5,938 bases of DNA from IMG/VR virus record IMGVR_UViG_3300020029_000046, positions 1 through 5,938 of that record; one strand, 5' to 3'. Below the pieces are notes generated by a model that was given only the letters and a program-made list of their open reading frames with translations, made no database searches and had not been told where the DNA came from. Below are positions 1-5,073 of the stretch, one piece after another. Numbering within the stretch: the stretch's first letter is position 1; the number at the start of each line of letters is the position of its first letter. This stretch comes from a virus. The position numbers were made by a program, and so were the translations under genes.

Positions 1-121
1 CGAGCAGCGGCATTGTTGCGGTCACGCTCAGAGAAAGTAAGCATATTCTGACCAAGGGACGCCATATCGAGAGGACCAGCGCCAGGGGCTGAAAAGCCAC
101 CAGAAGGGCCAGAAGCACCAA
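1..121. repeat. Left copy of the exact 121-nt direct terminal overlap (circular-contig signature)
   Basis: I compared the two ends by hand. cgagcagcggcattgttgcggtcacgctcag...ccagaagcaccaa at 1-121 equals 5818-5938 base for base. The base preceding the right copy is a (5817). Confidence 0.95.
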
Positions 122-500
122 CGGAACCAGCAGAACCGCCAGGTATGGTAGCATTGACGCCTACTCCAGAAGATCCAAGAACAGCAGCAGGAGTAACGCC
201 TGCAGCACGGTATCGATCAAACACCGCTGAGGGATCGTTGTACTTGTTTTCATAATCGAATTGTTTTTGCCAATTTCCGTATTCATACTCGGCCTGTTTG
301 GCCATCTGCTCAAGAGCATACTTCTGCTGAAGAGCCATTTGCTTCTTAGCGTACTTCCATTGGCGTCGGGCATTCATACCACCAAAGAGTTGACCAAGAG
401 CGCCGGAAATGAGGCCGGATGCGCCAGATTGAGCAGCACCTTGAAATAACTGTTTGCCGAACGAAGATCCGGCAAGAGCAGCAGCAACAGGAACAGGCAT
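1..500 (-). CDS. VP2: Minor capsid / DNA pilot protein VP2, 5' (N-terminal) part. The gene continues across the circular junction into 5817->5061; the full ORF is 1257 nt, 418 aa.
   Basis: ATG at 500..498 is the first ATG after an in-frame TAA at 515..513. My translation reads MPVPVAAALAGSSFGKQLFQGAAQSGASGLISGALGQLFGGMNARRQWKYAKKQMALQQKYALEQMAKQAEYEYGNWQKQFDYENKYNDPSAVFDRYRAAGVTPAAVLGSSGVGVNATIPGGSAGSVGASGPSGGFSAPGAGPLD, then MASLGQNML... This is in frame ((500-65)/3 = 145 codons) with the track ORF 5061..5882. It has a glycine-zipper-like N-terminus (G26,G29,G33,G36,G40), a coiled-coil-like Q/K/A/E stretch, and a YNxPSA...R...AAG..P motif of the kind I recall in gokusho/alpavirus VP2 proteins. 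Confidence 0.8.
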   Translation of the reverse strand, partial: MPVPVAAALAGSSFGKQLFQGAAQSGASGLISGALGQLFGGMNARRQWKYAKKQMALQQKYALEQMAKQAEYEYGNWQKQFDYENKYNDPSAVFDRYRAAGVTPAAVLGSSGVGVNATIPGGSAGSVGASGPSGGFSAPGAGPLDMASLGQNMLTFSERDRNNAAA

Positions 501-502
501 AA

Positions 503-700
503 TTAAGGACGTTTAAAGTTACCTATCTGTTCGTAAGTAATGGTAGTCCGGGTGGTATCTCCAGACTTGATAGAGGATGCCGACTGGACAACGTAATGTC
601 TCGCCGTACACGATTCGAGGAAAAAAGCCGCAAGGGCAGCCACGATTGCTGCAACCAAAGTCCAAAACTTCTTGGAGTGTAAAACATCTTTGAATTTCAT
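503..700 (-). CDS. Small (65 aa) membrane-anchored or lipoprotein-like protein, function unknown; candidate lysis or superinfection-exclusion factor
   Basis: ATG at 700..698. The TAA stop at 505..503 lies only 2 nt before the VP2 ATG (TAAttATG). The ORF sits in its own slot with no overlapping gene in the main frame. It has a basic N-terminus (MKFKDVLHSKK), a 17-residue hydrophobic core (FWTLVAAIVAALAAFFL), then ESC, which resembles a lipobox (L-E-S-C) but has an atypical Glu at -2. The tail is polar and Ser/Thr-rich. Confidence 0.6.
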   Translation of the reverse strand: MKFKDVLHSKKFWTLVAAIVAALAAFFLESCTARHYVVQSASSIKSGDTTRTTITYEQIGNFKRP

Positions 701-864
701 AATTAGTCAAATAAAGAACGATAGAAAAATGCGCGGCCTCTCCGGCAGTCGTTACCATTAAACCTTCAGCAATTCACCCACTCTTACCGAAGGGGTCCGC
801 GCACGTAGCATATATCGTCAAGTAAAGATAGAGCTATTTTTCTTCAAGTTTTAGTATTTTAGGG

Positions 865-897
865 GGTGAGTGAAGGCATAAATGCCTCACACTCACC
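865..897 (-). promoter_or_regulatory. Imperfect inverted repeat / stem-loop (8-bp outer plus 5-bp inner stem) 25 nt downstream of the acidic ORF stop; candidate terminator or ssDNA origin/priming structure
   Basis: On the + strand the sequence is GGTGAGTG aA GGCA taaa TGCC T ca CACTCACC. Outer pairs are 865-872 with 890-897 (perfect 8 bp). Inner pairs are 874-878 with 883-887, leaving a 4-nt loop. No U/T tract follows on the coding strand, so it is not a canonical intrinsic terminator. Confidence 0.45.
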
Positions 898-921
898 TCT
901 TTGCGGGTGGCCAGAACGGGG

Positions 922-1257
922 TCACTTACCATCACCTTCGGTGCTGGTGGCTGCAGGCTTCGCCTGCCCGTTCTTACCCGAATCTAAAGCAGAATCAATA
1001 AGTTCTTGTCCTACTTCGAGACCGTCGAACTTGTCCATACGAGAAAAGCTATTAGGGTCGAAGTCAAGATCGGGGTCAAACTTATCGCCTTTATCCCAAT
1101 CAGACTGAGAAGCCTCAATATCAGGACGACCAGGAAGAAGGTCGACCGAACCGGATCCATCAAGAACAGACATAATACGATCACCACGTGAAATACACTG
1201 TGGGGGATCTTCGAGTAACCAATTAAGTGCCATAAAATTGAACATTTTGAACACCAA
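922..1257 (-). CDS. Acidic hypothetical protein (107-111 aa); possible scaffolding-type protein
   Basis: The ORF follows VP1 after a 62-nt gap. The track start at 1257 is TTG, followed by GTG at 1254. The first ATGs are at 1245..1243 (MFNFMALNW...) and 1233..1231 (MALNW...), which are more likely true starts. The stop is TGA at 924..922. My manual count gives 17 Asp + 5 Glu versus 10 Lys/Arg. The motif DKFD occurs twice (GDKFDPDLDFDP and MDKFDG). Confidence 0.6.
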   Translation of the reverse strand: MVFKMFNFMALNWLLEDPPQCISRGDRIMSVLDGSGSVDLLPGRPDIEASQSDWDKGDKFDPDLDFDPNSFSRMDKFDGLEVGQELIDSALDSGKNGQAKPAATSTEGDGK

Positions 1258-1319
1258 ATCAAGAAAAGCTACACGGATTAGAGGGAAGCTTCGTCAAGAT
1301 TCGGCGAAAAATTAAACAA

Positions 1320-3125
1320 TTAACGATTCGACAAACGAGTTGCAAAAGTTTTATTAACAAGATTCTTCTTGCGAACGCTATACGACACATTCACGAAGAA
1401 GTTATCCTCAACTTTAGACGCAAAGGGGGAGTTGACCTGCGACATGTCAACGAAAAGATTAGGATAATAACCAGAGCCGGAAGTAAAAAGGCTTCGCTGC
1501 TGAACCCAATAAGAATACAAAGGGCGAGTAATAGAAGAAGGCAAACCATAAAAAGTAAGGCCGCCTAAAACCTCATCATAAGAAGACCTAAATTCATTAA
1601 AACACGGCTCCTGGGCCAAAGCCGAGTTTCCGGCGCCAAGGAATCGATAAGAGCCAACATCTTGATATCCTATATCATTATAAATAGGATTGAAATAATC
1701 CGAACCTTGATAATTCAAATAATCCGGACGAATGTTAGCCCAATAGTAAACAGGGCGAATACTTAACATATCGATCATATACCCGGGCTCACGGAAGTAA
1801 TACGACTGAGAACGACCGAGCGGAGCATTAAAGGCTATAGCACCACCCTGCTGACCAAGGGGATTACCAGGGTCACCGGAGGAGGGATTCAAGCCAAAAT
1901 TATTCTGACCGGACTGGTTCATGATCACCTGAACGTTGACAGTCTGAGATGCGCTAAACAAAAGTTTCGGGCGGTCAACGTGTTCAATCTTCGAAGCAAA
2001 AAATGTCTCAAGCCAATCCGAATAACGATTACCACCGGCACCAAGAAGATCCTTATATTCCTGAAGACGCGAAGCAATAGCCAACTGAGGAATAGTAGAA
2101 ACGCCGGACATAGAAACGGCGGAATTCGAACCAACAGGAAGTAACCGACTCCAGCGATCGGGATTAGAAGGTACGACCGCCATCGGGTGGGCAATATTAA
2201 AAAGATTGCGATAAGACCAAGTAACGTCGGATGACCCAGTTGCAAACTGATTCAAAGGACCCGATGAATAAGAATCAGAAGTAGTAGCGAAGCCGGCGGC
2301 TACAGGGAATCCATCCCAAGCAGCGGCTTGCGTATTTTCCAAATCGGAAAGAAGTATCTGGCGCCAAAGGTTGGAGCGATTAAAAGTGCCGTTTGTTGTA
2401 GATACTGCCGACGGATAAAATTGAGACTCAAAATAGGCATCGAGAGCCTCGAGATTTCCATACCTCTGAGTAAAGAAAGATTCGGCATTAGCATATGAAA
2501 AATCGGCGAAAGCACCAGACGGGAGCGTAGAGGTCGGAACGGAGGAACCGGCAATATACCAAGACGAAGGCCACGCAAAAGAGTATAAACCCCACTGCGA
2601 ATAGCTATAGTAATTTCGAACAATATCCCAATAAGCCAAATAGGTGTCGGCGTTAGCCCAAAAGCCAGGCTGAATAGAAGCAGGAAGGTTTACGAAACTG
2701 TAATTTCCAGCAGAGCTATCCTGAGAAACGGAGGCTTGAGACACCCGCAGCCAAAACATAAGAGAGTTAGAAAAAACAAAATCGACCTCACCAGGGGCTC
2801 CAACCTGATTAACAGCCGGTAGCCAATTTAAACTCAAATCATTCATATCGAACTTACTGCTATTCGTCCTCATTTCGGGGTGGTAAAGTTGCATGGGCAC
2901 CCAAAAACGGTGAAGTCGCACCGTATAGGGATTAAACGACGGCACAGCGAGAGGATTCGAACGAACATCGATACCCTGAGCAATAGAAACACGATCCCGC
3001 GCATTAATAAAATCAATGCGAACGGGGTACAGAATTCCGGGAGTACAGGTAAATGCCTTGGACTCCGGAACATCATACCGTGAATAACCATTCACGACAT
3101 GAGAAATAAAAGATTGTTTAGCCAT
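1320..3125 (-). CDS. VP1: Major capsid protein (Microviridae F/VP1 family), 601 aa
   Basis: This is the largest ORF. It matches family-typical blocks: PGILYPVRIDFINARDRV...RLHRFWVPMQLY (compare phiX174 F ...PVIAGDSFEMD...DIFTFYVPHRHVY), TYLAYWDIVRNYY (compare phiX F GYLNIYNNYF), LQEYKDLLGAGGNRYSDWLETFFASKIEHVDRPKLL (compare the gokushovirus RGGTRY..i...FGV...RPEyLGG block), and a C-terminal FFVNVSYSVRKKNL (compare phiX F KFNVTVYRNL). The ATG at 3125 lies 5 nt after the VP4 stop. Confidence 0.95.
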   Translation of the reverse strand: MAKQSFISHVVNGYSRYDVPESKAFTCTPGILYPVRIDFINARDRVSIAQGIDVRSNPLAVPSFNPYTVRLHRFWVPMQLYHPEMRTNSSKFDMNDLSLNWLPAVNQVGAPGEVDFVFSNSLMFWLRVSQASVSQDSSAGNYSFVNLPASIQPGFWANADTYLAYWDIVRNYYSYSQWGLYSFAWPSSWYIAGSSVPTSTLPSGAFADFSYANAESFFTQRYGNLEALDAYFESQFYPSAVSTTNGTFNRSNLWRQILLSDLENTQAAAWDGFPVAAGFATTSDSYSSGPLNQFATGSSDVTWSYRNLFNIAHPMAVVPSNPDRWSRLLPVGSNSAVSMSGVSTIPQLAIASRLQEYKDLLGAGGNRYSDWLETFFASKIEHVDRPKLLFSASQTVNVQVIMNQSGQNNFGLNPSSGDPGNPLGQQGGAIAFNAPLGRSQSYYFREPGYMIDMLSIRPVYYWANIRPDYLNYQGSDYFNPIYNDIGYQDVGSYRFLGAGNSALAQEPCFNEFRSSYDEVLGGLTFYGLPSSITRPLYSYWVQQRSLFTSGSGYYPNLFVDMSQVNSPFASKVEDNFFVNVSYSVRKKNLVNKTFATRLSNR

Positions 3126-3130
3126 ATAAA

Positions 3131-4195
3131 TTAAATTAAAGAAAGTCCATAAAAATCATACCACGACTCAATAATATCACGATCAAGCCAAGTAGGAGGA
3201 TCCATTGCAGGAATGGGTCCAGCCGCTATGAACTCACGAAACTTTTTCATCTCCCATGAATACGTTTCTCGAGAGGATAGGGCGGAAGCGGATAAGAATT
3301 TTTTAACACACAAATCAACGACACGGCGAACCAAAGAAGACTGGCTAAAACGTGAATAAGCATCTGCAGAGCGAACCGCTCGAACGATTTGATCTTTCGA
3401 TTGAAGATACCTATTATAGTATCGAGGAATCGCGTAATTGTAATTGACGCCAGTCTTAAAATCCAAATAAGACCAAGACGACACAGTAGCAGAAGGGGCA
3501 CGGAAAGCACCAAGATAGTCACCAACGCCAGCAGACACGAATTTTCGCGTATAACGCTTATGTTGGAGGAGGCGAGCCAAAGGGACAGATTTTCCATCTA
3601 TAGTAATATTTTGACCAGCGATCTGATCGGGGTTAAAATCAATTTGTTTAGTAACGTATTTAACGACGTATCGAGCACGCTTATGTGTACCTTTTGAGAG
3701 CCACACAAAACCAAGGTCGCTAACAGCGGAACGAATATCGTTATACAAAGCATCAACGCCGAAAAGGAAGCCATGAAAATGGAGACGAGGTTCTAAACCA
3801 ATTTCTGGATGAGTACCAAACTCCTGAAAAAAGGCATGCTTAAAAGAATGACCAATTTTATGACGCACTCGCTCATTCCATCGACGAATAAAACGAGCCG
3901 GGTCCCTAAGCGCCTCTTCATAATACTTTGGAGCTATTGTAATGGTAATGAATACAGCCTGCCGATATTCAGCCTTACAACGAGCGAGTTCGCGTTCAAG
4001 CCGAATAAACCAATCGTTACGAAGCCTGCGAAGACAATACTCGCACTTCCCACAAGGAACCATCAACCACTGGCGGCTGATATCCCAAGGCGCAAGAGCA
4101 AGTTGCGACTTCACATAATCGGCACGTTCAGGAAAAAGAGTTTTCTTGTCGAAATAACGCCGATTGCGTATCCATATGGGATGAGAACAGGCCAT
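3131..4195 (-). CDS. VP4: Replication initiation protein (HUH rolling-circle endonuclease, Microviridae VP4/gpA type), 354 aa
   Basis: N-terminal MACSHP... plus VPCGKCEYC (C48,C51,C54) form the Cys/His cluster typical of microvirus VP4. Motif I is VFITITI (3935-3955). The HUH motif is LHFHGFLF (3761-3784; I verified the codons CTC CAT TTT CAT GGC TTC CTT TTC). The two-Tyr catalytic motif is YVVKYVTK (3647-3670; verified TAC GTC GTT AAA TAC GTT ACT AAA). Confidence 0.93.
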   Translation of the reverse strand: MACSHPIWIRNRRYFDKKTLFPERADYVKSQLALAPWDISRQWLMVPCGKCEYCLRRLRNDWFIRLERELARCKAEYRQAVFITITIAPKYYEEALRDPARFIRRWNERVRHKIGHSFKHAFFQEFGTHPEIGLEPRLHFHGFLFGVDALYNDIRSAVSDLGFVWLSKGTHKRARYVVKYVTKQIDFNPDQIAGQNITIDGKSVPLARLLQHKRYTRKFVSAGVGDYLGAFRAPSATVSSWSYLDFKTGVNYNYAIPRYYNRYLQSKDQIVRAVRSADAYSRFSQSSLVRRVVDLCVKKFLSASALSSRETYSWEMKKFREFIAAGPIPAMDPPTWLDRDIIESWYDFYGLSLI

Positions 4196-4440
4196 TAAAA
4201 AAAAGATGATAGATAATCAATACGAGCAAAAGGATATTGTTCTCTCATTCGAGTGCAGTAATCAATAGCCGCCGATTGATCAGCGAACCAGGCGACAACA
4301 TGACGACTCTTGCCGCGATAGAATCCAACAGAATATCGAAAAGGCTGCCCCTCAATGAGGGGACAGGCCTTTGGATTATCAAAAAAATCCATACTACAAA
4401 ACATTTCCAAGAACAGGGCGACGAACGACACGCTTGCCAC
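4195..4440 (-). CDS. Hypothetical protein (up to 81 aa), translationally coupled to VP4
   Basis: The stop TAA (4197..4195) overlaps the VP4 ATG (4195..4193) as TAATG. The track start at 4440 is GTG and overlaps the upstream ORF stop as TAGTG. Alternative ATG starts are at 4404 and 4392, which would give 69 or 65 aa. I recognise no motif. Confidence 0.55.
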   Translation of the reverse strand: MASVSFVALFLEMFCSMDFFDNPKACPLIEGQPFRYSVGFYRGKSRHVVAWFADQSAAIDYCTRMREQYPFARIDYLSSFF

Positions 4441-4739
4441 TATTTCTTGATTTCTTCTTCTTCCGTGACATAGTTTTCAGGCAATGTAAATATAATAAAA
4501 TTAGAGAAAAGTTGAACAGTTGCTCCAGCATCAAGGAGTACTTTCGCTAAAGGAGAAAGGTCGCTACTCAGCATATAAGCCTGAGTTCCCAGAAGATCGT
4601 CAATCTTGATATAATCAAGGGTATCATTGGGAAGAAAATCAGGACCAACAGGAACAAACTGGCCATCAGTAATACGACCAAGGGTGACGTCGTAAACAGT
4701 AAGAATTGAAGGAAAAAGACGAATTGCTAATTGATACAT
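4440..4739 (-). CDS. Hypothetical protein, 99 aa, acidic C-terminus (TEEEEIKK)
   Basis: ATG at 4739..4737, 11 nt after the upstream ORF stop. TAG stop at 4442..4440. It is on the same strand and packed into the only free coding slot. I recognise no motif. Confidence 0.6.
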   Translation of the reverse strand: MYQLAIRLFPSILTVYDVTLGRITDGQFVPVGPDFLPNDTLDYIKIDDLLGTQAYMLSSDLSPLAKVLLDAGATVQLFSNFIIFTLPENYVTEEEEIKK

Positions 4740-4750
4740 AACAATAATAT

Positions 4751-5014
4751 TTAACGAAGATTAAAAAGATGAGCAACGTTAGTCCAACGGGTATGAATAT
4801 TTGACCAAAAAGGACCACCCTCTGGAGTCACAGACCACGAAAAAGCAGCAGAAATATAAGTACTCGGAAGCGAGCGATCTAAAAAAATATCAACGGATTC
4901 AAAATTCTGAGCCGCAAAAACAGCGAGAAATTTTTCGCGAATGTTATTTCTTTCCAAAAAGAGATAAAAAAGAAAAGGCGCGACAAACGAAGAATTTTTA
5001 GTGGGTGATTTCAT
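4751..5014 (-). CDS. Hypothetical protein, 87 aa
   Basis: ATG at 5014..5012, 46 nt downstream of the VP2 stop and behind a candidate promoter. It is the first gene of a three-ORF cassette leading into VP4. I recognise no motif. Confidence 0.55.
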   Translation of the reverse strand: MKSPTKNSSFVAPFLFYLFLERNNIREKFLAVFAAQNFESVDIFLDRSLPSTYISAAFSWSVTPEGGPFWSNIHTRWTNVAHLFNLR

Positions 5015-5042
5015 AAAATATAAATTTATTGGTTAGACAACG

Positions 5043-5073
5043 CAAGTATAATGAGAAGAATTAATATTTCAAA
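5043..5073 (-). promoter_or_regulatory. Candidate Bacteroides-type promoter (-33 TTTG / -7 TAnnTTTG) upstream of the 87-aa ORF cassette
   Basis: The minus strand reads TTTG (5073..5070), then 19 nt (aaatattaattcttctcat), then TATACTTG (5050..5043). That is an exact -33 element, 19-nt spacing, and 7 of 8 positions of the TAnnTTTG pattern satisfied (C for T at position 5). It sits in the 46-nt VP2/ORF87 gap, about 29 nt upstream of the ATG at 5014. Confidence 0.3.

Noticed and set aside
1-121. The terminal repeat as a biological direct terminal repeat, LTR-like element or attachment-site duplication
   Set aside because: It is exact and sits in the middle of one uninterrupted ORF that reads through it in frame. 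Microviridae genomes are covalently closed circles, so an assembly overlap is the simplest explanation.
161-373. 70-aa minus-strand ORF inside the N-terminal part of VP2
   Set aside because: It is in the +1 frame relative to the continuous 418-aa VP2 reading frame. It has no motif, and the VP2 frame explains the region.
519-758. 79-aa minus-strand ORF overlapping the 65-aa gene and reaching into the intergenic region
   Set aside because: It is out of frame with the 65-aa ORF, which has the coherent signal-anchor architecture and the stop/start coupling to VP2. Its 5' end sits inside the GC-clamped secondary structure, and its sequence is Cys/Arg/Gly-rich with no motif.
823-830. TATCTTTA, and a TTGACG hexamer nearby, in the intergenic region as a promoter for the 65-aa ORF/VP2
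   Set aside because: The -7-like box has a mismatch at the conserved terminal G and no TTTG at the required 19-21 nt spacing. TTGACG has no acceptable -10 hexamer 16-18 nt downstream. This is too weak to call.
1011-1262. 83-aa hydrophobic ORF overlapping the acidic ORF in the +1 frame
   Set aside because: It has a TTG start at 1262 and shows the same +1-frame, T-at-position-2 hydrophobic signature. The acidic frame is the better coding candidate.
1925-2245. Very hydrophobic 106-aa ORF in the +1 frame inside VP1; I considered it as an E-like lysis gene
   Set aside because: Its only possible start is TTG (2245..2243) and there is no ATG anywhere in the ORF. Its hydrophobicity is what T-rich third codon positions of VP1 produce when read in the +1 frame.
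2300-2623. 107-aa +1-frame ORF inside VP1
   Set aside because: It has a TTG start and no clear TM segments or motifs. It shows the same compositional artefact as the other +1-frame ORFs.
2870-3091. 73-aa ATG-initiated +1-frame ORF starting 34 nt into VP1, hydrophobic then basic and Cys-rich; superficially like phiX E
   Set aside because: The hydrophobic stretch is repeatedly broken by Arg (LILLMRGIVFLLLRVSMFVRILSL), so there is no clean TM helix. It is most likely a frame artefact. It would only be worth revisiting if synonymous-site constraint is found at the 5' end of VP1.
4193-4210. T8 homopolymer (minus strand) just before the TAATG junction, considered as a programmed -1 frameshift site fusing the 81-aa ORF to VP4
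   Set aside because: In the VP4 frame the codon immediately upstream of the ATG is TAA (4198..4196), so a -1 slip on the T-run would terminate at once. Simple termination-reinitiation coupling explains the layout.
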